Below, piece by piece: positions 39,541 through 51,500 of a stretch of DNA of 64,000 bases. A model generated the notes under the pieces. That model worked only from the letters and a program-made list of their open reading frames with translations, had not been told where the DNA came from and did not search any database. The position numbers were made by a program, and so were the translations under genes. The stretch's first letter is position 1. Each line of letters begins with the position of its first letter. Origin of the DNA: Lama glama (taxonomy: Eukaryota); assembly GCA_028534125.1 (NCBI GenBank), contig CM052817.1, positions 103,294,001 to 103,358,000 of the forward strand. Reading direction: 5' to 3'.

Positions 39541-39649
39541 TGGAGGAGGGAATGGATCAAGTGGCAGAGCACATGCTTAGCAAGCATGAGGTCTTGGGTT
39601 CAGTCCCCAGTACCTCTTCCAAAAATAATAAATAAAAAAAACCTAACTT
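39541..39649 (+). mobile_element. tRNA-Ala-derived SINE (Vic-1-like)
   Basis: tRNA-like head, A-rich tail, TSD tctagagcag (39530-39539 / 39650-39659). Confidence 0.85.
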
Positions 39650-40463
39650 TCTAGAGCAGTTGAACTTTCCTGTTGGCTTCCCTCCTGCAAATAAAATAAG
39701 TTTATCAAGAAATGAAAGATGGTCCCTAGGATTTGTCACACTAGGTCTGTAAGGGCTCAGGTCCCTCAACCCAAATTAAGTCCAATGAAATCAACAACAC
39801 AAGTCCAAAGTTCTGTTTGTTTCGTGTCCTGTGATAAGGTACAAAGTATCCTTTATATTTGATTTCTAAACAGTAAGCATCTTTTTGATCAAGATTAAAT
39901 GCCCTGAGGGGCGGCCATAATTCTTCAATACTCCGTCTACTGCAGAATCCCATCTGAGGAGTCAGGTTAAGTGTATGGGCAACAGCAGTATTTTAGACCC
40001 ACAAACAGCTTATCCCTGAGAGAAAAGTGTTTGGGAGAAAATAAACATATCTCTAGTCTTCATTTTCTTAATAAAGTGTTAGGCTAGGTAACTGCTAAGG
40101 TTCCCAATTAGTGCTAACACTCTGTTCTTTCATTCTGAATACTATTAGACTCTAGGGGAAAAAATTCATATTTATATATCTCCAACAGTTTCATTTATAC
40201 TGACAGTTTGGTGAAACCTTAAAGCACTAACTCATTCATCTCAGACAGAAAAACTGTCAACAAAGCAGAAAAGAGAGATTGCATGTAGTTTATTAGGACA
40301 TAAATGAGGACCATTATAACTTTAAGAATATCAAAATGATTAATTCTTTTAAGAAGTGTCATTTCCGTCTGCATGAATTCAGTTAAGAAGTGGTATATAT
40401 CACATGCTTTCACTATTCTCCAAAGGAAGAATCTTCTATATCAGTAAATTAGCACTGCAATAG

Positions 40464-43271
40464 GAGAGAGAGAAGCAAGACGGCGAAGTAGAAGGATGCT
40501 TGTAGCTCACCCTCTCCCACAAATACACCAAAATTCACATCTACGGACCCACTCAGCCAACCAGAGCACCTGCCGAACTCCAACAGAACATTGCCCTCCT
40601 CGAAAGACAAAGACGCCAAAAATCTGGTAGGAGAAAAGGAAAAAAGAAAGAAGAAAAAGCAAAACAGTGCAGGACCGGTCCCGCGGGGCGGGAGCGGCAA
40701 AGGAGGAACAGCGCTCGTTCGCTGGGTCTCCCCTCTCCAACAGAGAGGCCAACAGGACGGAGGGGGAGCCTCTGAGGCTCAAATCTGCCCCAAGCACCCC
40801 TTGACCGACAGAACTAAGTTAAACGGGCACAGAGGGTCCCTGCGACACCCAGCCCGAGACGAAAGCCAGCAGCTGGGGGCTGAGACAGGCTACCTGAGCT
40901 GAGTGGAGGACGGGGGTGGCTGCACTGAGGCAGCCCCAGGGGACTGCAGGGGCCTGCACGGCATGGCTGGGAGGGGATACAGGAGCAGAACAACCTTGGT
41001 CCTCCATAAATTGCGAAAAAAGCAAAGCAACAAGGCTGGTGTGCCCTGAGGGGAAGGGCGCCATAGCCTTTGCCTTCTCAGACCGGTGGTGCCATTACTG
41101 GCACTTCTCGCAAGAAGAGAGGCAGGGCGCAGCCACAGCTGCCATCTCCTCCTGTGCACAGTGCCCACATAGGGGTGAGGCCGAGAGCTGAATCCACATC
41201 CGGGGGCTCTGCAACCTCCTAGGCAGGACTGAGACTTGTTTACAGCCCGAGGCAGATAGGATCTTTCTGCCCTGGCACCTCAGAGAACTCACGACGCCAA
41301 GACAAACAAGGAGCTGAGATTTGGCACAGAGCAGGGGCGGGGCTGTTCCACAGTCTTCCTCGAGCCCGCCTATGGAGCACCGACCTGAGGTGGAGAGGGC
41401 AGCTGCAGAGCAGTGAAGCAACCTGCACCGGGAGAGGGTGGGCGGCCACCCGCCTTCCTGGCAGGAACACAGCACCTGACCACCGTGCTGGGAGGGGGCG
41501 CGATCCACCCACCTACCTCGCCCAAGCACAGCATCTGACTGCGGCATCGGGAGGGGGAGTGAGCAGCCCACCCACTGGCCACAGTGCCAGAGAGATATGA
41601 GCAATACGAAGAAGCAGAAGAACCACTCCCAATTAAAAGATCAAGAGAAATCCCTTGGAAGCACAATCAAGGAAATAGACATTGATGGCCTACTAGATCA
41701 AGATTTCAAAAAAGGAGTGATTAAAGTACTGAAGGAACTAAAAGAAATAGTGTTTAGAGATATAAAATATGTCAAAAATGAAACAGACGCTATAAAGAAG
41801 AGCCAAATAGAATTATTAAACTCCTTTGCTGAGATGAGAGCCGACCAGATAATGCAGAGGAACGAATAAGTGACCTAGAAGACAGGACAACAGAAAGCAC
41901 CCAATCAGAACACCTGAGAGAAAAACAAATAAAAAAAACAATGAAAACAATATAAGGGACCTATGGGATAATATAAAGCGTGCCAATCAATGCATAATAG
42001 GGGTTCCAGAAGGGGAAGAAAGAACAAAGGGGACTGAAAAGGTATTGGAAGAAATCATGACTGAAAACTTCCCAAACCTAAAGAAGGAATCAGATATCCA
42101 AGTACAGGAGGCTCAGAGGGTCCCAAACAGGAAGAACCCAAACAGACCCACACCAAAACATATCATAATCAAGATGGCCAGAGTCAAAGATAAAGAAATG
42201 ATCCTAAAGGCATCAAGAGAAAAACAAAGAGTTACAAGGGAACCCCAATAAGGCTTTCAGCTGATTTCTCTACACAAACACTACAGGCCAGAAGGGAGTG
42301 GCAAGATATATTCAAAGTCCTGAATGAAAAAAAGATGCAACCTAGGATACTCTATCCAGCAAGGCTATCCTTTAGAATAGGAGAGATAAAGAATTTCACA
42401 GACAAGCAAAAACTAAAAGAGTTTAGCAACACTAAACCCATGCTAAAAGAAATATTCACAGGTCTACTCTAAATAGAAAAGAAGCAGGATGCTACAAAAA
42501 TGAGAAACTCATAACTGGAAAGGAGGTAACTACCATGAATTACAAAAAGAATAAACACAAAATTGTAAAAGAAGACATCTAAATCATTAAGAGTGGGAGA
42601 GGGAAGCAAGGAAAGCCACTGTGGAAAACAGTATGGAGATTCCTCAAAAGACTAGGAATAGACTTACCACAGGACCCGGGAATCTTGCTCCTGGGCATAT
42701 ACCCAGAAGGAACCCTAACTCAAAATGACACCTGCACCCCAAGGTTCATAGCAGCACTATTTATCAGAGCCAAGACATGGAAACAGCCTAAATGTCCATC
42801 AATAGATGACTGGATAAAGAAGAGGTGGTATATTTATACAATGGAATACTATTCAGCCACAAAAACCGACAACATAACGCCATTTGCAGCCACATGGATG
42901 CTCCTGGAGAATGTCACTCTGAGTGAAGTAAGCCAGAAGGAGAAAGAAAAATACCATATGAGATCACTCATATGTGGAATCTAAAAGATAAATAAATAAA
43001 TAAATACAAAACAGAAACAGATTCATAGACATAGAATATAGACTTGTGGTTGCCAAGGGGGCGGGGGTGGGAAGGGACAGACTGGGATCATAAAATGTAG
43101 AACAGACAAACAAGATTATACTGTATAGCACAGGGAAATATATACAAGATCTTGTGGTCGGTCACAGAGAAAAAAAAATGTGACAATGAATATATGTATG
43201 TTCATGTATAACTGAAAAATTGTGCTCTACAGTGGAATTTGCCACAGCATTGTAAAATGAAAAAAAAAAAA
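40464..43271 (+). mobile_element. ORF1-only L1 derivative (5'UTR, frameshifted ORF1, last ~120 codons of ORF2, 3'UTR, poly-A); HAL1-like architecture
   Basis: CpG-rich 5'UTR. ORF1 ATG at 41597 to TAA at 42472. Jump at ~42615 into the ORF2 C-terminus. Poly-A. TSD cactgcaatag (40453-40463) / cattgcaatag (43272-43282). Confidence 0.9.
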
Positions 43272-45503
43272 CATTGCAATAGACCCTTGAGTTTTCAGCA
43301 TCGGTCCTTAGTATGCATATCATAAAGTCAAGGCTGTGACACCATTATTAAAACCACGCTCTCAACTTTCTTTCAAGGCAGCTTTCAAAATCATGAATTC
43401 ATTTTTACAGATTCTTACCCCAAGCAGTGATTCCTAGCCTTAGTCATAGAAGTATGGGCACATGATTGAGGTAAATTGACTGCAGAAGACAGAGCTATGG
43501 GACCAGCTTTCACAGAGAATAAGGAATACTCTGGATATACTAAGTCTGGGTGCGAATTGACTACTACTGGCCTATAAATTCCTTGTAAGCAGGGGTTAAA
43601 TCGTATTAACCTGTTATCACCCACAGCGGTTTCAGGAATACCACGTACATAAAGAGAGTAGCTTTAAAAGGACTGACCACTGGGTCTAAGCTGAGCAGCC
43701 AAGAGATGACAGGGAGAACTGGGACCAGAGCACAGATTTATGAAGAAATACAAGAACATGAGAAGGCAGGAATATGGAAAGCACAAAGGCTAAGACCTTG
43801 GAGTTCCAAATACCAACGAAGTTCCACATGCCCTAGAGCTGTGTTCTAAAATGGCAAATGGAAAGAGAAGACAATGGTCATAGGAGGGAGGAAGAGGGAA
43901 TCTCATGGGAGCCAACAGTACAGATTTTGAAGTTGCTGATGGCAAGAGAAACAAAGTAAAAAGACAATCTAGCTGTCAGACTGAAGTATGCCTGGAAGCC
44001 TAGAGAGACCCTGGGCTGCAGAGAATGCTGCAGACTGCCAGCCAGTGCAGAACCAGGGATGGTGACAGTGACGGAACAGCAGCCTGCAAGTCTACGCTTC
44101 TACCTACCTTCTCGGTGAGTCAGGGGAGGGTGGTGCACCTTAAAGAAGTTTGTCCCCAACATGCAAAAGCAAAGTGGGGACACACATGAAAAGAGTTGGG
44201 CACATAAAAATGTTTGATCATTGTACAAGCATAATGGGAAGGCTAAAAGCAGGGCAGTCTGGGGTGCCTGGACAGGCCTAGGGTGTATAAACGGACAGCA
44301 GGGTTAAGAGCAAGAAGAGAACAGGAAATAAACTGGAAACATGTCAGTGACTGGAGAAAAGGACTTCTTCACAGGCAGCCCTGTTCCTGAGAAACACCAA
44401 GTGTTTATCAAGCCTGGAGCTTCCGCTAGAGCACTGCTTTGAAAATGATACTGAAAATTTCCCCAAAGGCTAGTCAGAACAGATATTAAGTAGCTTCACA
44501 AATGTTTAGTGTGGGGAGTGGTGAGATGAAGGAATGACTAAGAATCTGAGACTTAATGTTTCCCTAAATTTGTTGGATATTCTTCTAATTCAACCATTGG
44601 CAACTTCTGTTCATCAACCAGGACGGTTAACATTACATTCATACTTCAAATTAAAGTCTAACTTCCAAAAGAATCTTTTGCTGGGACTATAAAAATGCAC
44701 CTAAATCGGTAAGTTCAGTCTTTATCCCCTCTGTATTTTCAGGCCGGCAAAAATGCTCAAAACAGAGTCTTAATGATTTGGGAAATGAGTAAAAAATGGA
44801 CACCACTCAAAACACACGGCAAGTAGGAGTCCACAAACCTGCATTCGCCAAAGAAGTCCACACACTTGGAGTAGGTGTGAAAATTTTCATTTTTAGGTAT
44901 GAAAAAAATAATTTCATACAGCTTTCTAGCTAATAAAAAAATCATTCAAGAGTGTAACAAAGGCTGACTACAGTCCAGAACACCAGGCCTCAACACACAA
45001 GTCACCTGGCCTCATGGCCCTCGACTATCTCTGGTTTGAGGCTGCTCATGACACACTGGAAAAGCAGTGCAGGCCAGGGTGACAGGCCATGACTGAAGCC
45101 ACGGGAGGGGCCACCAGGATGGGGAGCAAGGACCCCATACCTCCTGCTCAGACCTCCTACCCTCCCCGCTTGGTATCCCACATTTTTACTTTTTCTAAAG
45201 ATGTTGATATTATAAAAATTAAGCACGCGTTCACAGAAGAGATTTCCATGGGACATCTTAATTCCTTCACTACACCTGTACAATTTAACTTAGTTATAAT
45301 GAGCAGTAGAGAGCTCATCTCCAATCTACAAGAGAAAGGAGTGAAGCAGGTCTCACGCCCAGAATCTCTGGTGCGTTTTCAGAGGAGGAGTGCCCCTGTC
45401 TCTGAAGCAGTCCCACCTCAGATCAGAAAGTACCCTGAGGTCTTGAAACTCTCCTCCCTTTTCCATCTTCTCTCTCCCTCAGCCCTTTCTCCTCCCCCTT
45501 TCC

Positions 45504-45553
45504 ATGTACGCACGTATGTATGTATGTATGTATGTACGTACGTATGTACCTAC
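45504..45553. repeat. (TATG)n/(TACG)n microsatellite
   Basis: tgtacgcacgtatgtatgtatgtatgtatgtacgtacgtatgtacctacg. Confidence 0.9.
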
Positions 45554-48386
45554 GAACTCTACTACTGCTCCTTATTTCTTCCTTTCCTTCTTTCTTGCCT
45601 AGACAGGCCTGTAACAGGCCTGACTTAGCCCACTGCCTCAGACAGGGAAGAGAAAAAATCAGACATTTTAAAGAAAATAAGAAAAATGTCTTATTACCTC
45701 TATTACCGCTTTTCTGGGAGCAACTTCACTCTCCTAGTTCTATTCACACGCTCGACAATTTGAACTTGAAAATAATTTAGAAGTTTGGGTAGGCTTTCTG
45801 GACACAAAATGCTTGAATTGTAAAAATAAAAGAGGGAAGGACTGAAAAACAATCATTCCTTATAGCAGAAAAAAAGAATTCTAGATATCTTTATGAACAG
45901 ACTCTTTGTCTTCCCACCTCCTGTTTGCTTAAGATACAAACAACAATCAAGATATTTTCACTGTGAAGAACGACTATTTCAGTTTAGTATTAAACTGGGT
46001 TATTTACTTTAGAAAGTTTGTTGCAACTAGTTATCAATATAAGTTATAGAAATAGCTCAGTTATATGATGTTGGTCACTGCATTTTATTCTTTAAAATTA
46101 TAAAGACAAAATATATAACTGAAATAATATGACTGAATTGCTTCAAAATAGTACGAGAGGATGCAAAATTTCATTAAGCTGTAGGTTTATGATTTGCATA
46201 CTTTTTTATATGATCATTAGACTACATTAAAAAATCTACATATAAAAAATAGTAACAGAAGGGGGGAAGTTAAGAAGAGTGTAGCTGAAACAAGATTATC
46301 CACGAACTTTTGAAGTACCCAACTTCAACCACCTGTTGAGTACTGTTTTTTTTGTAAGTGTTGCAACTTTTCATAATAAAAGATGCTGTAAAATGTTACT
46401 TATAAATTTAAGAAATGAGCAATTTTAAGATTCAGGCACACAGTGTAAAAGCAGTGCATTTTTAAAAATGAGATTTTGATTTAAAATACAGTGCATTAAA
46501 AATGAAGAATCAATTTTCCTTTGTAATTTTGTTGAAAGGGACAGTTTTTCCATGAAAAATTCTTGGCATAATTCTGAGTCTCTATAAACTAAGATGTAGA
46601 GGTGTTCTAATTCTGGCGGAAAATTGTTCAAATTCTGAAGTATATCGCAATAAATTTAGGATTTTAAATAAAAGAAAAACATAACAAAATCTAATTATCT
46701 CTTAAAAACACAGTAACTGAGTTGGTTCCAAGATCAGTAAAACCAAGAGTTCTAAAGCACATCATGTGAGCTAAGTGTGGACTCTTTTGCATTAATCCTG
46801 CTTTATTCATTCTCTCCCCAGCCCCCTCCTTATATCTTACAATTCAGTAACATTTATCAAGCACCATGAGGCAACCAGCAGCCCAGGAAAGATACATTAA
46901 ATAATGCTTGCTTTATGCAAAAAAAACTATCCAAAAAGTATACAGGTCTCCTCTGTTTTCCTACTATAAATCACTTACAGCAGGTTCACTATGTCCAGCA
47001 ATTAATGGATCTTATGGATTTAGAATAAATATTTTCCTTTAAGCTCAAGAACAGAATTGGCTGCACTGGAACACATCAATGAATCCAAATTTGCCTTTGG
47101 TTTTTCTTAAAATTCTTTATCCCACTCAAAAGGATAATATGAAAACTGTTACATATTACAGGCATTCCCCAACTTACAGAAGGGCTGTGTTCTAAAAGTT
47201 CATCTGTAAATAAGCTTTCTGGAACTCAGATCACATTTCCCACTGAAACAATTTTATAAAGGGTAACTAAGCCAAACAGCCACCCCACGGAAATCCACAA
47301 AGCACGGGCCTACTGTGTTTTACTGCAGCACTGCGGGTTCTGCTCCCCTCAACTAACCAACTTGCACCTCTGTTTCTTTGATAAATGCGATAGGGATTCC
47401 AGGAATATTTCTCCTGTCCGATGCTCTCTATACACACGTGCATGCATGTGCACAAACATACACACACACACGACCCCTTCCTTGGGTCTACGTGCCAAAT
47501 GCCCCTTAGTTATCAGAGCACGCACAGCAGAGCACTGTTTAGATGAGCGGCTCTTGTGACTATCTGAAGGCTGGAGGAAGTTGGGGTTCTAGAGCTTATT
47601 AGGGAGCACTGGTCCTGGAACGTTCGGTAGTAACTGTCCCTATCGGGTTTCACAATTACAGGGTAGAGATGGGGGATTATAACTTCTGCCAGGTTTATCT
47701 TCTAGAAAAATGATTTTAAAAAATTGGAAACTTCCTAATAATCACTTTTAATATGAATTTTTAAAATGTTTATAAATTCAGAGCAAAATAAATTATAAGT
47801 TATTTTCGTGTCCTTTATCTACACCTGAAGTTGTAAGAAGAATCTCTTCTCCCCAGCTGGACAGTCACAGGCCTCTGCCCACCACAGGGAGAGGATGCCA
47901 GCAGGAGGTCCTGGAAACCAGCGTTTAATCTAAGAAGAGAGCTGCCTGTATTTGGGACCAACTTTTCTACCCCACGCAAAGGCAACCAGACTCATGCTTT
48001 GAATATTTTTAAGCCACAAGATTGTTTTCATGGATGCAAGAAAGGGAGTAAAAAGCCACAGAGATAAAATGAATTCATTTCATATGTAAACACTTTCTCA
48101 TGTGCCTATTAATTTGACAGTTTGAAAGAAAAATACAAAGGGATTCAGTATTCAGGCCTAATACCATACCACGTGTAATTTTTTTTTCTTTTAAGTTCAG
48201 AATTCTATGAGCATGCTTCAATTAGGCAGTGCTACCAAACCACTGTAAGATTTGAAATGTATTTTTATGAAGTCCAGATCCAGAAACATGATATAAATTT
48301 CCAGAAATCACTATAGAATCATACCAGAACTCAAGAGTTCCAGACTCTTCCCTGTCTCAAACTCAGCCGAGGTCTATTCCACTTGC

Positions 48387-48549
48387 CTGCATAGGTGTTG
48401 GCCTTGTTCAGGAGGTCCGTACATGCGTGCATATCAGCGAAAGCCCGGATTCCTAAGCAGTTGACAGGATGAAGCTGAGATTCCAAAAATTCACAGCAAG
48501 TCTTCTTCACATCCTGTAACTGTAACAGACCAGCTGCTGGGAGAAGTAC
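48387..48549 (-). CDS. KLHL2: KLHL2 coding exon (~exon 5; end of BTB / start of [58 protein letters not shown])
   Basis: 163 nt. Acceptor TTACAG|GTA, donor GCAG|GCAAGT (GC-AG type). Translation matches KLHL2/KLHL3-type BTB-BACK sequence and the phase joins the next exon (G+AG = Glu). Confidence 0.96.
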
Positions 48550-51500
48550 CTGTAATACACAAGTAAGCATGGTTAGAAACTGACTAGAAAAGTGTCACCG
48601 TTCCCCGCACCTACAGTGGGCTCAGGGGTCCAGCCACAGCTCATGATCTGCATCCAGACCCAAGCATCCCAGAGAAAAGTAAGGTAACAATCATTTGTAA
48701 AAAGGGTGATGCCTCCTTACATTCCCATATTTTTCTATGGAATCTTTCAAAGGTCTCTTCTTGGTCATAAGAATTAAGAGATATCAGATCATATTAGGTC
48801 AACGGTTCTTTTTATAAGCATAAACAAAATGCTCCATTGAATTTTAAAAACATAAATTATTAGGATGCTAGGGGGTGCTGTGGTTCAGTGAAAATCTTCT
48901 TGTTCCCTCAGTAGTTCGAGTAGTCATAAACTTCAGTGATTTGTGGGGAAGGGTTAAGCACAGAGTAACATATGTCACAACCCAGCCTCACTTTGTGTTC
49001 CCACTGTCTGAAATACCACAAACTGCTTTCCTTAGAGGGGGAGGACAATTTTAAACCTTTAAATTTTTAACAGTCTCTAACTACAAGCAGACTAATTTCT
49101 CTAAAATGTAACATATCTGCTAAAAAGGAAAACATAAAAAGTAATGGCCTAGTAATAATTTTTTAATTTGTGTTTTTATTTGAATAACTCCTCCAAGAGA
49201 GTTTGTATTAATTAGGTTATTCTTTGAGATTTAACCAGTATCATCACTATAAATACCACATCTTTTCAAATAGGTCAATGATGGAAATATTTTTCCCTAT
49301 AAGTGAATTAGTATGATGCTATATTAGAGACCATATTTGAAAGTCAAATTGGAAAACTTCACAAAAAAGAAGTTTGCAAGTTCTTCTATGAAAGCTAAAA
49401 GAAAAAAAAAACTCAACTTTCAGAAAATAGAAAAGGTCACATGGCATATTAACATAAAAAATAAGTAAGACCTAAGTTCCTCCAGCGACTGACTTTCATG
49501 TATACCAAGCAGCAGCCCAAAGAGAAAAGAAATAGTAGTTTTGAACATCCTTTACAGTTTTCCTAAACATACGTGGGAAGTCCTAAGCATGGAAGAGTAA
49601 GTGCATCCGTGTCTTTCTGCAACACCATCTACTCTATTTTCTCAAAGGAACCACAGCAGCTCTAAGTCCAGATCTAAAGTCTGTGTGTGCGCCCGCACGT
49701 ACACAATCAACCGGTAAAGAAGCAAGGACTAGAGGAACAACGTTTTACGTTTTAGTCCAATTCCACCAGCTAATACTAGTTTTCTCTGAAAACATGGAAA
49801 CAATATCTGGTGACAATGCCTTTTCATTCTCAATTTAAGGAAAATAAAGTGGAAATAATTCTGTTTATAGCCAAACGTCTTGTATAACATGTATAGTGTG
49901 CTTTATTATGTAATGGGAATCAATCTCCATGGAAGGCTTTAGTTGCTGATAATCTGCAAATTGGAGTTTTTCTACACTGGTCTAATTGTGCTCTGAAGTA
50001 ATGTTAAGTACGTTCCAAGATGCTTAACTGTGCAGCCATTTAATTCAGCAAATACATATAGTTAAGAAACTGGTCTTCAGTGTAAGATTCAATCTCTGTG
50101 AAATTTGCACAAACAGTGATGATCACCCATCTGATCAGCATCTTCCCAGACACAACACAGTGTAGTACAGCAGTATTCAAACTGTTTGGTAAAAGAGAGC
50201 GATTCTCAGAGGGGAGAAGTTGCTGAGCAGAAGCAGACTCACTCACATACAGTTGGTGGGTGTGTATACTGGTTCAACCTCCATGAAGAGCAATTTGTCT
50301 ATTTAATCAAAATCACGAATGTACATATCCTCAGATCCAGGAATTTAACCCACAGATGTAAAAAAGCTCACATACGCAAGACTTTCATTAGAGGGTTTTT
50401 GTGGGTAATAGCAGAAACTAGAAAAAAGTCTCAATGTCCACCATAAGGAGACTGGTTAAACACTAATGATCACCCATTCGACAGAACCCTCTGCAGCCAT
50501 TCAAAAGAATGGGGAAACTATACGAACGGGACAATTTCTAAGATGTATTCTTAAGTGAAAAAAAAATCAGTGATTGGTTTATCCTATGCTAACATACACA
50601 TACACACCCACGTTTATATACACATCCATCTAAAAAGGCAGCTATAGTAGATTAAAAAATTTTTTATTTTGCTTCCTTGACTTCAACTTCATCACTACCA
50701 AGTTCAGATCTACTTTATCAGGAGATTAAAACTCATAAAATTGTAGAATCTCAGATCTGGAAAGGATAACAAGTCATGCAGGCCAGGAATATAAAAGTTA
50801 TTTCAGTTGTAGGCCACATGGTTAAAAATTCACATACAATTATTTTTTAATGACGGTAGTGATGGATCAAGTGGTTCCACGCTTGGCAAATATATATTAA
50901 ATATAACTAAATGTAAAATATATATAACATATAAAACAAATTTATTTATATTTTCCTTTTTTATCAGTAAATCCTTCAAAAATGCCTACGTTTTATGACC
51001 TAATTTTACTATGACTAAACTTCAATAGCTCAGAATTTTAAATTAATTATACGCAGCTTTAAAAGCAATTAATAACTGACCCAAGCTTACTGACATGACC
51101 CCTGATGACCACCACACCAGTCACTCATGATGAAAACTGGAAGGCAGCTGGGGCCACACCCACTGTCCAGATTACTCCGTGTATTAGACAACCAGCTAAC
51201 AAACAAAATATGCTCCAAATTTCAGGTTAACCATATCTCACAATCAGAACCAAAGAGCTAGCAGTCTATGAGCTGGATGCCTTGGGATCAAATCAAATCA
51301 AACCTCCTAATTTGTCTGATGAAAAAACCAAGTCCTAGAGAGGCCAAAAGACTTGACCAAGTTGTACAACCTGTCAGTAGAGAGCTAGTGATAAAAATAA
51401 AAATTCGCCAAAAATAAAATTCGCCAACCCTTTGGTCTACTGTTCTTTCCACTATCCTGAGCCTCCTCTGTAGGTGTTGAATGGAGTGCCTGTCTGATTT

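Noticed and set aside
40449..41666. Several antisense ORFs (up to 169 aa) in the L1 5'UTR as an ORF0-like gene
   Set aside because: GC-rich sequence is poor in stop codons, most starts are non-ATG, and there is no recognisable protein similarity.
45089..45628. 179-aa plus-strand ORF
   Set aside because: Runs through a microsatellite and low-complexity sequence, has no domain similarity, and is intronic antisense.
1849..48549. KLHL3 or a processed pseudogene instead of KLHL2
   Set aside because: Introns and an intact frame exclude a retrocopy. Sequence features such as TPMNLPKLMVVVGG and the VIDKPL end fit KLHL2 as recalled.
49850..50200. Repeat-free stretch with TAAT-type motifs as a conserved enhancer (similar impression at 4240-4560)
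   Set aside because: Conservation cannot be judged from a single sequence. It needs a multi-species alignment.
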